From Octopus sinensis (lineage: Eukaryota), in contig NC_042999.1 of assembly GCF_006345805.1 (NCBI RefSeq), positions 143,654,001-143,718,000 on the forward strand: a stretch of DNA of 64,000 nucleotides, read 5' to 3'. The notes under the pieces were generated by a model. It was not told where the DNA came from. It did no database searches and saw nothing but the letters and a program-made list of their open reading frames with translations. Both the position numbers and the translations under genes were made by a program. Of this stretch, positions 12,470-25,955 are shown piece after piece (position 1 is the first letter of the stretch; each line of letters opens with the position of its first letter).

Positions 12470-13915
12470 CAAACTACAATTATCTTCTACTCCCACTGAC
12501 TCTTCAAGCGAAACTGAAGGATAAATCCCATATGTCCTCGCGTATCTTTTACACAATTGACTAGAAAATAACATTCTTCTCTCTATATCCTCACATTCAC
12601 TCGAACTCTTACTTGAAAAAGTTGATTAGACTTTGCTCGGAGACGAAAAACTGCTGGCTTAAGCCTTTTGCCTTCGAGCCCCATACTATCTCTTTTGTCA
12701 TAGCTGACTGTGCATACAAAATTATTTGTTCAGAATGATATTTAATGACAACCTGGTCGCTCTTACACATAAAGACAGTGGTTCCACATAACTCCTCATA
12801 TCAGTCGTGCATGGAAACCGAACATGCTGGAATATGTGTGTTGTCGTTTGCCTCGGCTCTCATAGAAGTGTCGTTTATATAACTGTGCCCAAAGAGCTTA
12901 TTCCAAACTAGCAATTACGCATCACCGTAGGCTTACAAGGCCAAATATATATGAAAATTATCTGTAGTCTCTGGGCCTCCAAAGTTCGCCAGAATAGGCC
13001 GTTAAGCACACTAGAGAATCTTCAGTGACATAGTCACTCTTTCTACCAACTTTATACTGACGAAATGATTGATGTTTTAAGAAATTTTTTAGAACCTGAA
13101 GAATAATCAGATACCAAGCACCCATTTCCTTCATTCTTGATCCAGGTTTAAATCTCAAAGAGATGAACTGTGAAAAATAACGACTAGGCTTGCTCATCAT
13201 TCAGGAATATATATTGTAGTTTCAGCAGATATTTGCGTGTCACTAACCTTAGCGTTCCAGGACGCCTCATTCAAGAGTTAAGCTTATATATTCAAGTCTG
13301 TCAAAATATTCACTGGAAGTTAGGCAATAATACACTTTCAGAGAAATGTAGGCATTTGGCTGTTCATTTTCTTAGCTGCTGTCTAAGTGAGACATACAAT
13401 TCTCGCTTTCTCGTCTCAGTTCCCATCTGCCTAGAGATCAGGACTGAATTAAACTTCGAGCATTTTACTTGGAATTTTAAGCTAGACACAAACAGGCATC
13501 GGTATAGTGTTGTTTTTCCAAGTATCACTTTGCAAGCCCGTCCACTTGTTCCAGATAATTTATGCTCCTGTGGACCTTATACTTCCCCAAATTGGTGATG
13601 TTCCCTGCAAAATCTGACACCACGAAAATACGTCCTCGTGTGCAGATAGCTCTTTACTGTGTTCCAATTTCGGGGAGATACCGCCCCGCCAGCAACTCTG
13701 ACTTCATGTGTAAAAGCTCAAGAGTCAAATATAAAAAGGCTGAGAGGCTGTACCTTCGATGGACTAAACGCATGAAGATAAAAGGTTTTGACAAGAGGTT
13801 ATTTAACCTTATCATCGGACAGGTGTTGTTTTGTAATGGAGTCAAACTTTTGAAGACAGAGCTGAGTTACACCGAACTTAAGATAGTTTCAGATAGAGAT
13901 ATCGAACATCTTTGA
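12470..13915 (-). mobile_element. Tx1/L1-clade LINE fossil (RT to C-terminus)
   Basis: Minus-strand remnants: IRLNNLLSKPF..RLVHRRYSLSAFLYLTLELL (RT region 4), TGA*IIWNKWTGLQSDTWK, MLEV*FSPDL, KEIVWGSKAKGLSQQFFVSEQSLINFFK (C-terminus of mollusc Tx1-like elements). The 3' end runs into (TATG)n. Confidence 0.75.
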
Positions 13916-15187
13916 GTGATTTAATATCATGTTCCAATCCAAACCAAATCTTCACCTAACATTCTTAAGTATAACATGAGGCAGAAGTTTTACTGAACAG
14001 ATATTACTGACGTTTCGCAGATTTGTTTGGGTTCAGCTATAGTACTAAAAGCAAATATTAACCACTTGCAGGAAGTTCGATCCACCGAAGAAACTATAAT
14101 GAAAGGAGTCCCTTTGTGAGCAGTAACAATAACGGTAGTAACAGCAACAACTACCAATCAGTCAACCGATCAACCAACGAATCTATTTTTCAAGCACTTT
14201 GGTCAAAATCTTTTTACTCTGTATTCATCGGACTTACGTGCTTTATATTATCTTCCCTTATTTACTGTCTTTCTTCAACAGTGTCACCCCTCCCAGGATA
14301 ATACAACTGAGAATGCTCCCAATCTATAATGATTTGCCGTGAGAAGAAAGAAACAAACGAACTTGGCTGAGTTACGTTTGACCAAATCTATATGACCAAT
14401 TTTGTATAAAGTAAGTTATAATCTTGAAAGTAACAGTATCGTATAATATTGGGGCAGCTCGTGGAAAGCTGAGCCGGCGATAACTATTCGGTTACTGATT
14501 CAGCTAGTTTGTACCGCATTGTTTTATATATATACAAACTGCCGTTTATATATAGAGAGATATATTTATATATATGCTGTTTCTTGATGTGGTCAATAAT
14601 CCGTTGACCACAATGTTCGACTGGGAGACAAATCGTTCTGAGGTGAAGTAAATACCCATTTAGAGTTTCTGAACATCTTCCTTCCATGGTCAATTGAATC
14701 AACATCCATATATGACTGGTATGTATTTAATCGATCATTTAAATCTTACTCATGCAAGAATGTCTGCAGTTAATATTTTTACGGTTTGCAGAAAATTCCC
14801 GGTTGTTTGATGATGAAGGGTAAAGTGAGCGACTAGAACAGTATCAACAACAGCTGCAGCAGCAGCAACAACGACATGAATAATAATGACAACAATAACA
14901 GCAACAACAACAAAAGCCAGAAGCAAGTAAAACCAACGGCAACGAGAACAACAAATACAACTCTAATGACAGCAACAAGAATAAGAACACTAACTTGATT
15001 TATTTTACACGAGTGGATATATATCTTTTTTCTATTCATCTGAATATTTATGTGTGATCTGAGGGAATTAAGGAGTGGAAAATATTGAAATGAAATCATA
15101 GTGGAATGTATGTATGTATGTATGTATGTATGTATGTATGTATGTATGTATGTATGCATGCATGTATGTATGTATGTGTATGTATGT

Positions 15188-15219
<32 letters not shown>

Positions 15220-15563
15220 TACATATCTGTATATATATGTGTATATATGTATATATGTATGTATCTATCTATCTGTATGTGTATGTGTGTGTGCGTGCGC
15301 GTGTGTGTATGTGTGCAATAAAAGAAAGTTACTTTCTTCCACAAGGCAAGAAATATAGAAAAATGAAGTTGAAAATGTTCTGGGAGTCTTTTTAATGGTT
15401 TGTTTCAAAGACAACTGGTTTCACAGATTTTTTCTTATTTTCAAAAGTTGCAGCTGTGGCATAACCTTACGTCTTTCTATCTTAATTTTTGAAAATCATA
15501 AAAATCAGTGAAACCGGTTGTGCTTAAAAAAAACTATCTAAAAGACTTTCAGTGCATATTCAT

Positions 15564-15600
<37 letters not shown>

Positions 15601-15799
15601 GTGTGTGTATTTATTTATGTATGCATGTATATTTATCTGTACCCATATATGCATGTATATATACATATATATGTAGGTATGTACATATATGCATATATTT
15701 ATATATATTATTGTTATATATATATATATATACTTGCATGTATATATATATATATATATTATATTTATCCAGATGAATATATCTTCGTCCTTTAATAGA

Positions 15800-16093
15800 A
15801 ATTTTTTCCATAGATTTCTAATGCCTTTTCATCATGCGTTATTTACGAAAATAGATCAGAGACGAAAAGGATCCTATCACCTATAAACGGAATCTGGACA
15901 AATTTCTTCAACACATACCATATAAGCCACATATACCTGGATACAACTCGTTCAACAAGAACTCCCTATTCGAACAGGCCATGATACCACAAAACCTGAC
16001 ATAAAAGGGATTTAGCAAATTCTATCAGGTGGTGCTATAAAGTTAGACATGGCCTGGACCAATCTTTGGTCGAAACATATCTAAGTCATCTTA
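15800..16093 (+). mobile_element. CR1/L2-type LINE 3' end
   Basis: IRDEKDPITYKRNLDKFLQHIPYKPHIPGYNS..KNSL matches the CR1 C-terminal pattern (KxxLDKFLxxIPDxPxxPGY), followed by a 3' UTR and a (TATG)n tail at 16094-16170. Confidence 0.7.
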
Positions 16094-16171
16094 TGTATGT
16101 GTGTATGTATGTATGTATGTATGTATGTATGTATGTATGTATGTATGTATGTATGTATGTATGTATGTATA

Positions 16172-16620
16172 TTTCTCTTCTCTATCCCGAATCATTATAT
16201 CAGGTCTGTAGTGCTTACATTTTATTGAGGTCTCTTTACTGGTACATTCCACTAGTATTCTTTTTTATTATGAGTGGCTATGACTTCTACCATATTGTGG
16301 GTTCTTATTTCTTTGTCCTCGGGGTTATCCTTCCGATAGATTTCATTATAGAGTGTCCTAGCTACAACGTCATGTTGCATCGGTATATAATACTGTGATG
16401 ACATTTTCGGACAACTGCTTATGATGTGGGTGATATCGTCAATGTGAACTCTACAAAGTCTGCATCGGTTGTCACATTTTACGGCTTTTCTTGCATATCT
16501 ATTCCTTTTGTGTATCAGATACTTGGTTGATATTTCCTGTTCCTGGATTGCAAACGCGCACCCTTCACAGTGGGAGGTAGTAATCCGGCTATTGGTCCAT
16601 CATAAACTGCTTTAATGAAA
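16172..16620 (-). mobile_element. R4/Dong-like RLE retrotransposon fragment (copy 2)
   Basis: FAIQEQEISTKYLIHKR...CDNRCRLCRVHIDDITHIISSCPKMSSQYYIPMQHDVVARTLYNEIY; clearly homologous to 18085-18525. Confidence 0.9.
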
Positions 16621-16647
16621 TGTATGTATGTATGTATGTATGTATGC

Positions 16648-16683
<36 letters not shown>

Positions 16684-16686
<3 letters not shown>

Positions 16687-16930
16687 AGGCACTTTATTTC
16701 ACGTTGCTCCAGTTCACTCAGCTGTAGAAATGAGCTGCGACGTCACTGGTGCCAAGCTGTATCGACCTTTGTCTTTCCCTTGGATAACACTGGTGGCGTG
16801 GAGAGGGGAGGCTGGTATGCATGGGCGACTGCTGGCCTTCCATAAACAACCTTGCCCGGACTTGTGTCTAGGAGTATAACTTTCTAGGTGCAATCCCATG
16901 GTCATTCATGATCGAAGGGGGTCTTTACCC

Positions 16931-16932
<2 letters not shown>
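16684..16932 (+). mobile_element. SINE family C, 5'-truncated
   Basis: Near-identical to the 3' two thirds of the full copy at 53036-53374. Confidence 0.9.
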
Positions 16933-16992
<60 letters not shown>

Positions 16993-17159
16993 ATATATAT
17001 ATATATATATATGATATATGGATGTCGATGCACACACACGTGAGTACTTACCTCCATCCTTTTATTCCTTTAAAGTTTTTAGTTATTGGACTACAGCCAT
17101 AAAGAGTTATATATATATAATATATATATATAATATATATATATATATATAATATATAT

Positions 17160-17204
<45 letters not shown>

Positions 17205-17504
17205 AGGTTTGGAGATGATGTACAGGTATTATATATTAGAAGAAATGAGGTAATCAGAAGATCGGATGGTTTATATTTACAGATATTTATTTATATATTA
17301 CATTTTTTACATATATATCATATCATTTAGATCATAGATCATTAGCGCTTTCTCCCATTCTAGTGGGGTTTTCAAATCAAAATAATTCCTTTGTGGGGAA
17401 TTTTAATCATTTTATAGAGTTTCGTAGTGGCGGGGAGGAACAAGACAGCACAAGAGGGTGAGGTGGATGAGGGGAACAAATGGACATACATACATACATA
17501 CATA

Positions 17505-19076
17505 TCATATGATGGTACTTGTGACAAGGCACGTGTCACTAAAGAATATTACAGCCAAATAAAGACAATATGGAACTCGGAACTCTCTGCGTTCAATAAA
17601 ACTGTGACCCACAATGTGTCTGCGGTGCCAGTACTTATACCAACACTTGGGCTACTTGATTGGACACTTGATAAGACCCGTGCTATTGATGTGAAAAGCC
17701 GGAAGATATTAACCAGCACACATAATTTCCACATCTACAGTGACGTAGACTGCATCCACCTAAAACGAAAACACGAGGGCAGAAGCTTAACATCAATCCA
17801 GACAGTCTTTGAATGTCATATCATATCCCTTCGGCAACATCTTTTCATCACAAAGTGTCGAAGTGCATTCCTTGACCAATTTGCATACGTGAGTCTGATA
17901 ACATCATGAGACTTGGAAAGTAGCACCTTGAGCACCATTCTTTGTATGATAACCTTAAATACATGCCCAAAGAAGTCGCACGACTCTACCGCAACATATC
18001 AAATGAAAGGATGACAGTTTATTAGCAGAAGACCATGCATAGATAATTTAGTAGAAAGCTCCTGAATGATAGTAACTTTGATCATCAAAGCAGTTTATCA
18101 TGGACCAACAACCGGATTACTAACTCCAACTTTCAAGTGTATGCGTTTGCAATTCAGGAACGAGAAATATCAACGAAATACTTAATGTACAAAAGGCACA
18201 GTGACGCAGAGAAAGCAGTAAAATGTGACAAGCGATGTAGATTTTGTGGAGTTAACACCGAAGATATCACTCACATCATAAGCAGTTGTCCGAAAATGTC
18301 ATCACGGTGGTATCTACCGGTGGAACATGATGTTGTTGCTAGGACACTGTATAATGAGATCTATCGGAAGGATAACCCCGAGGCCGAAGTAATAAGAACC
18401 TACAATACGGTAGAAGCCACAACCACTCATAATAAAAAGGGATACTGGTGGAATGTCCCAGTGAAAACGTCAATAAAATGTAAACATGATAGACCTGATA
18501 TAGTAATTTGGGATAGAGAAGAGAAACTGTCCAGTTGTGGAAATCAGCTGTCTAGCGGATGTAAACATAAAGCTAAAGGTCAGCGAAAAGAAAATACCTA
18601 CGCTGAACTATTGAGGAATCTACGGCTACTCTAGATTTCAAGTTTAGGTTTATACCTGTAATTCTTGGACAACTGGGAAATGTAACACACTGCCTAAATA
18701 CCAATTTTGAGAAATTAAGCTTCTCAATACCAGAAAGGAGAAAGCTAATTCGAAAACTAAAGATCCAAGCCATCAGTGAAACTGTAAAAACCTGTAAAAC
18801 TTACCAGAAGTTTATCACTTAAGCATATATGAGCAAGTCTAGACATGCAACTATATGTATGAGAATACATGCATAAAACAAAACATACAAATCCAAACAT
18901 ACATACATACATACATACATACATACATACATACATACATACATACATACATACATACATACATACATGCAAAAACCTTGTTGATGTTGTTGAAATTCCA
19001 AAGGAGACTTGAATCTAGATTAGAAACCGGTTCTTTCTCTATTGGCAAGAAATCTTGAAATAAAACTGAATAATGA
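17505..19076 (+). mobile_element. 5'-truncated R4/Dong-like non-LTR retrotransposon (RT thumb, CCHC knuckle, PD-(D/E)xK restriction-like endonuclease)
   Basis: EYYSQIKTIWNSELSAFNK....NVSAVPVL...GLLDW (R4 thumb region); CRFCG..TEDITHIISSC...Y..EHDVV (CCHC plus RHD motif); WWNVPV......HDRPDIVIWDREEK (RLE). Frameshifts and stops are present. Bounded by (CATA)5 at 17485-17504 and CATACATA at 19077-19084; inclusion of 18969-19076 as 3' UTR is inferred. Confidence 0.9.
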
Positions 19077-20970
19077 CATACATATTTTATATCGTTCTAT
19101 GTTTTTGAAAGAAAACGTATGCATAAAGCGCTGTTGTTTAAATTTACCTTCTGCCATACCTGCATAGTGCTTTTGCACTAAGTTTAGATATTGCATGGGC
19201 GTGACTTTTCGTCGTAGATAATCGCTTCAGTATTGCATTGCTAAGAAGGCATGCATCTTTATTTCTGCACGTGTAGTTAACCTCAATTAATTTAGTTGGT
19301 ATGCTTGTCATTAAGTTCTTTTCAAGTAGGTGGTGTAGCTATAATTCAGCTTCAAGTTATTTGAAGATTGGATATTTTTCTATATTGATTTCCCCATCAA
19401 CCATCGATATACAAAACTATATGCTATTTCCTATTCTCCATCTAATGTTGTCTATATACCGACAATTTCGGTTGTTTACTTATTATGCCATGTAATAGTA
19501 ATCTCACTGATATCATCATAATTTCAACTTTCAAACCTACCAAATTTTTTACCACGTTCGATTTTAAATCCCTACACACTATATTACTCAAGCTTTAAGC
19601 TGTTACTTTACTATATATGATAATGCACTCATTGATGCCCTCTTAATACCAGTTCAGTATCTTTCCATATTCATCACCAGGCAACATTTAAACTCTAGAT
19701 CCCCAGTCTAAGTCAACGTTTATTAGTCCTTATTCGCTTTATAGTATGTAACGCACGTATCATAATCCATCCCGATTATACATGTAATGAGTTATCCCAT
19801 AAGGCTCACTACATATACAGGAATTAAACATTTTATTCGCCGGACGATTTTGGCAGCCACGAATATGAAGCTCTGAGTCACCGATATATTAACATTAACG
19901 GGCTATGTCATGTAATATTCATATGAGTTTGTTTTCTCAGAATTACCGCAGTTCAATACTGGAACAAATAACGATAAAAGAACAACAACAATAACAACAC
20001 ACACACATACACACAAATGCGCACGCATTCACGCACACATATACACAAATGGGCACGCACTCACACATACTCACTCACACTTTTATAATGATTAGCTCAT
20101 AGACTTCATCCAAGAAGACAAACTCAGCAAGGTATTCATTTATATGAATGAATACGAGAGTCGTATAAATGCTTCAGTTCTAATACATGCCATCAAAGAT
20201 ATAAAGAAAAGAAATTCAACCCATTTAACAGAGCAAGATGAAAACCCCACTCCTCATCAAAATAAAATTGGATGGAAACGGTTATAAATTTTCTTTAATT
20301 TGGATGAAGTAAAGAGTTGATAAAACGTGAAAAAGAGGAGGTGAGAATGCAATATATGAACGAAGCAGGTATGTTTGTTTACGTTTGCGTTGGCTTATTC
20401 GAAAGTTACGACGTTCGAGGGGTGTTGACATTTCTCTTGCAATAAATTGTCCTTTGACTTCGTGTCTTAGAAGCCGTGCAGAATAAGAGATATATAGCTT
20501 GAAAAAACAGGCAAGGACTACTACTAAACAATATCTCGATAACTTACTCCTATGGCCAATGTTAGACTGGCAAAACGGATGGCAATGAGATGACTATGGT
20601 AAGAAGTTTGCTTCCCAACCACAAGCAGGTCCAAATGGCAGATAAATGCTTGACATCGAAACAAATTTCTACTGTACAGCCTTCCAACTGAAGTGGATTT
20701 CTAACTCGTACATCACCGAGTGTTTTATCAAACAGATCGATGCACCAAGTATTAGACTAAAATAAGCATTGGGGTCGATATGATCGACTAAAACCTAGTA
20801 GGTGGTGCCCCAGCCTGGCCGCAAGCCAGTAACTCAGACCATCAAAAAAATAAAGTATTATACACACACAGATATATACATATGTATATACATGTATATA
20901 TATGTTTGTATATAAACACATATTTATACATACATACATACATACATACATAAATACATACATACATACA

Positions 20971-21003
<33 letters not shown>

Positions 21004-21047
21004 GCATACATACATACACACACACAGACACATATATATTTATATAT

Positions 21048-21315
21048 TACTCTTTTACTTGTTTCAGTCATTTGACTGCAGCCATGCTGGAGCAGTGCCT
21101 TTTAGTCGAATAAATCGACGCCAGGACTTATTTTTTGTAATCCTAGTACTTATTCAATCGGTCTCTATAAGAGACGGGCTTCTTTCAGTTTCCGTCTACA
21201 AAATCCACTCACAAGGCTTTGGTTGGCCCGAGGCTATAGTAGAAGACACTTGCCCAAGGTGCCATGCAGTAGGACTGAACCCGGAACCATATGGTTGGGA
21301 AGCAAGCTTCTTACC
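21048..21315 (-). mobile_element. SINE family B, internally deleted (lacks linker)
   Basis: Head and 3' segments match 11353-11868 and are joined directly at about 21170. Confidence 0.8.
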
Positions 21316-21569
21316 ACAATACGATACATATGTATATATATATGAGTCTTTGTGTGTGTCTGCTCGTGTGTTTGTGATATGATATATGAAGTATATATAG
21401 CGTAATTGTTTATGTGCATGTATATCTGTATAGATGTTTGTACATACGCACATCTCTTCTCAAAGGGCCCCTGCCGCTCTCCCTTTCTCCCTCCCTCCCC
21501 GTCCATCCCTCTTTCTTTCTTCCTCTATTTCTTCCTGTCTTTCTTTCTTTCTATTTTTCTTTTTTTCCT

Positions 21570-21624
<55 letters not shown>

Positions 21625-23589
21625 CATTCTTTCTCTCACACACGCTGACACACGCTCACACATGCATACGCTCACACACACACATATACATACACAGACC
21701 ACACACATAAACACACTCACCCCCCCACCATCTCTTCCTCTACACACTTTCCGCTCCTTAATTCTATTAGATGGCAAATAATATTCAGATGGATAGAAAA
21801 GAAGATATTTTGCCACTTGTGTAAAATAAATCAAAATGGTAATACTGTGTTTTTTGCTGTTGTCGTTGTTGTTGCTATGGTTGTTAATGTTGAAGTTGCT
21901 ACCGCTTTTTGCTGCTGCTGCTGTTTCTCGGTTTTTATTGTTTTTATTTGCTCCTAATACAGTTGTTGTTGCTGCTGCTGCCGTGGTTGCCGTTGTTGTT
22001 ATTTGTTGCTTTTCTTACTGCTTTTCTTTCTTCCATCCGCTGCTGTTGAGTAGTTTGCCGTTATTATAGTTGTTGGTGCTATTATTTGCTATTTATCTGG
22101 TTGTTACTGTTCAAATTGGCTGTTGTTATTACTCCTGCAATTTTAGATGTCGTTATTGTTGTGGCCACTGATATTGTTTGACGATGATGATGGCTGTTTT
22201 CGTTATTGTTGTTGCTTTTGCTGTTGCTGTCGTTATCGTTGTCTTTGTTATTGCTATCGATGTTCTTTCTGTTGTTGCCAATGTTGCTATTTAATGCTGC
22301 CCTTCTTCTCATAGTGGTTGCTGTTGTTATTGCTTTAGTCGCTAACTTTATTCTCCATCAGTGAATCTCCGTAAGTTTTCTGCCAAATATATCGACAATC
22401 TGGCACGAATAAAATTTAATGATCGATTCAGTATGTACCAGTCATAAACTGAGATTGATTTAACCAGTCATGAAATAAAGATGTTCTGAAACTATAAATG
22501 AGCAATTAGTTCAGCTCTGAACAATTGTTCTTCCAATAAAACGTTATGGTCGACTTTACTCTCTCCGGTTTTTGACTACATCAGAATATAACATGTATGA
22601 GAAGTGAATTTGACTGAATCAGTAATCGAATATACACTGTAGACTCAGATTTGCGAGAGCTGTCTTAATATTCTACAGCACTGCCACTTAGGGATTATAA
22701 CTAATTAGTCAAAAGTTATTCAGCCAAGGTCGACTTTTCTCTTCCTATCTCTGCAAAGATTGAGAGTATTCCAAGATGAGTCATGCTGTTGAAGAAGGAA
22801 GTGTACAACATAAGAGATAATGTTAAGTCCATGATTCTACTAAATGCAGAGGTAAAAGATTATGGTACAACAATGAGGTTGATTATTGTCACTTATCCCC
22901 AGGTCAACTCTGATGGTGCTAACATACTATCAATTGCATTCTAGCTATGACCACTGCATCCTTCTACATGTTGTCAGGGCTTCGTTATCTAATACATCTT
23001 TGATGTATGGGGATGAGATGTCGAATGTCTGCATTGCTATGGTAATGTACGATCATTTGACCTCCTGGTATATCTAGTAAGATTTGAACGTCAGGCCTTG
23101 TGGAATGAATAGTTTCTTTTGGTCAGAATATTCATCTGTTAACAACACCCGCTCGAGAAAGAGGGTTTATGACTCGCAAGAATTTGCTGAGTCTAATACA
23201 TAGATTACCTAACGATATGCATGTCTGGTCGTCGTTTGTTACAGTTCATTTCTTTAACTGAATAGATCTTATACATTTTGCTCGATTATCAATCTTTGCA
23301 TTCTGCAGAAAGTTAACGGAGATTATAAGTAATTGAGGATACTCAGGGTGTCGATGGGAATGCGCTAAACAAATTTTTCTGGATGATTTTGAGGTCAGGT
23401 ATTATGGATAATGTCCAAATATTTGTAGGTTGAAAGTTCCACGAAGATGTGTAATTGACAGTTCTGAATAAACTCCTCAGGCACAGTAGTTCCACAAGTG
23501 ACACTTGTCTGAGTTTCGGGGTAAATGACGAAGCCTTTCTGCCTGCATTCGTCGGTGTCCATACATTGATGATTTGTGGAATTATATAA

Positions 23590-23960
23590 AAAAAATTGTT
23601 TCACGTATCTCATTTAAAAGAGGAGGGCACGCCATGCATAATTAAGTGGAAGCTCCTCGAACAACCGAGGTCATATATCAACAGGAGCAAATGATGTAAG
23701 CTTTGCTTGGCAGAGAGAGCAAGAATCCTAAAAAAACTCGCTTGACTTGGGGACCACTTTTAAACTCCAAAAAGGAAGTGTTTAGTCAATGTCCTCATCA
23801 GAGACGTTTCCTGTTGCAAGCTTGAAGTACCTCGTTTTACCAATTAGGAAGATGCGACCAACGTCGTAAATCGTTACGGTAGAACTGATGCAAGGTGGGG
23901 TGGGTAACCCCACCCGTCCTGAAACCCTACCCACGAGGTCATTCTGGATATACTTTTTGT
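23590..23960 (+). mobile_element. Penelope-like element: GIY-YIG C-terminus plus 3' UTR with HHR-like motif
   Basis: LKEEGTPCIIKWKLLEQPRSYINRSK*CKLCLAERARI...LLNSKKEVFSQCPHQRRFLL matches the PLE endonuclease tail (I.W.I......Y....K.C.LCL.E......LN.R.E..S.C.H). Confidence 0.75.
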
Positions 23961-23964
23961 TTAC

Positions 23965-24270
23965 AAAACTAACTAACCTAGTTGTTTTCCTCCCTCCAGT
24001 TGTAGAGAGTTTATGTACCTCTGACCATTTGAGTCTGACGAGTCTTCTGTACAGCTAAGCGCTTTGTAGGTGCAAAACCAATGGTCATTCTCTGACCAGA
24101 CATAGCAGTCAACCTTATATGTATATATATATATAATACATTTTGTGGATGAACAAGCCTCCATACTCTTTATTATTAATAATATTATATACTCCGGACA
24201 ATTTCTACCGGAATTCACCATCGAAAGAATTCACGGAGTGACCAGCAATAAACAATAGTCACAGACGTTA
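23965..24270 (-). mobile_element. Possible inverted N-terminal GIY-YIG piece of a Penelope-like element
   Basis: RNCP....ACSSTKCIIY...KVDC...TYKALSCTEDS..RY.N resembles the CNC..CP..CL...IIY...YIG.TE..FK.RY.NH region, but weakly. Confidence 0.4.
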
Positions 24271-24303
24271 AATACTGATCGAAGTGTGTGTGTGTGTGTG
24301 TGC

Positions 24304-24352
<49 letters not shown>

Positions 24353-24724
24353 ATAATATAATATATATAATATAATATATATAATATAATATATATATAT
24401 ATATACACACACATATATATGCATATATGGGTACAGGACGTCACCAACTGTGCAAATAATATACACACGAGAGATATATACAAGATGTGGACAGTAATTG
24501 CTGGGCAAAAACGAATGAAATACGTAAACAACGAAGAAAAATGGAAAACAGGATAAGTTAACACAAAAAAAGAACCCTTCATCAGTTGTCGGCTGTCTAT
24601 TTACTCGTCGTCTTAACCAAGAGAGTGCCATATTATTATGAAAGGTGCATGAATACGTGAAAATGTTATGTAAATATATGTATATCATAAGAGTAGCAAC
24701 ATGTATCCTGTATTATTATTGTAT

Positions 24725-25140
24725 ATTTCTTTACTGCCCACAAGGGGCTAAAGATAGAGGGAACAAACAAAGACAGACAAAGGGATTAAGTCGATTAGAT
24801 CGACCCCAGTGCGTAACTGGTACTTAATTTATCGACCCCAAAAGAATGAAAGGCAAAGTCGACCTCGGCGGAATTTGAACTCAGAACGTAGCGGCAGACG
24901 AAATACCTATTTCTTTACTACCCACAAGGGGCTAAACACAGAGAGGACAAACAAGGACAGACACACGGATTAAGTCGATTATATTGACCCCAGTGTGTAA
25001 CTGGTACTTAATTTATCGACCCTGAAAGGATGAAAGACAAAGTCGACGTCGACAGAATTTGAACTCAGAACGTAGCGGCAGACGAAATACCACTAAGCAT
25101 TTCGCCCGGCGTGCTAACGCTTCTGCCAGTTCTCCGCATT
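24725..25140 (-). mobile_element. SINE family A head-to-tail dimer
   Basis: Two units joined at 24906/24907 with the same GACGAAATAC|CTATTTCTTT junction as at 7840/7841. Confidence 0.9.
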
Positions 25141-25214
25141 TGAGAGTAAGGTGCACTACAAAATATTGCAGTTAGGAAACAAATGTTTACTTACTATGGT
25201 GACAGCAGCAAAAT

Positions 25215-25601
25215 GGTTTACTCATTAACGCGTTCGACAAAATGCCTTGCAGCTTTTTCAGATTTTACGTTTGAGTTCAAATACCGCCGTTGCCGATTTT
25301 GCTTTTCGCTCTGTGGGGACGATAAGATGGAAGTACCAGTCAAGTACTGAGAATAATATTGACTAGTCCCTTTCCCCAGGTTTTGAGGCTTTGTGCCTGT
25401 AGTAGAAAAGATTACAGTCGGGTGAAATGCTTTGCAGTATTTTGTCTACCGCTACGTTCAGAGTTCAAATTCCACTGAGGTCGACTTTGCCTTTCATCCT
25501 TTCCGGATCGATTAAAATAAGTACCAGTTATACACTGGAGTCGATGTAATCGACTTAGCCCCTTCCTCCAAATTTGAGGCCCCGCGTTTCCAGTAGAAAG
25601 G

Positions 25602-25681
<80 letters not shown>

Positions 25682-25686
25682 TATTC

Positions 25687-25741
<55 letters not shown>

Positions 25742-25955
25742 CATTATTATTATTATTAAGGCGGCGAGCTGGCAGGATCATTTGCTCGTTGGACAAAATG
25801 CTTAGCGGTATTTCTTCCGGCTTTGCATTCTGGGTTCAAATTCTACAGAATTTGAGCTCGGGGTCAATAAAAGTACCAGTGGAACACTGGAGTCGACGTA
25901 ATCGACTTATCCTCTTCCCTAAAATTGCTGGTCTCGTTCCAGAATTTGAAACTAT
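25215..25955 (+). mobile_element. Three older SINE family A copies (alternative 3' tail) with (ATT)n and (CCA)n tails
   Basis: GAGTTCAAAT B boxes at about 25283, about 25460 and about 25833; (ATT)n at 25602-25758 and (CCA)n at 25957-26060. Confidence 0.75.

Noticed and set aside
12460-13915. Plus-strand protein-like frame (candidate endogenous viral or novel decayed ORF)
   Set aside because: Stop density is close to random, and the minus strand gives ordered Tx1/L1 RT and C-terminal motifs, so the plus frames are antisense shadows.
14660-14705. Degenerate HHR-like stretch on the minus strand (CCATGGAAGGAAGATGTTCAGAAAC)
   Set aside because: The core differs at several positions and the stems cannot be built.
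20103-20370. 63-codon open frame and a nearby GCAG|GTATGT donor
   Set aside because: ORFs of this length are expected by chance in 64 kb; no homology and poor acceptors.
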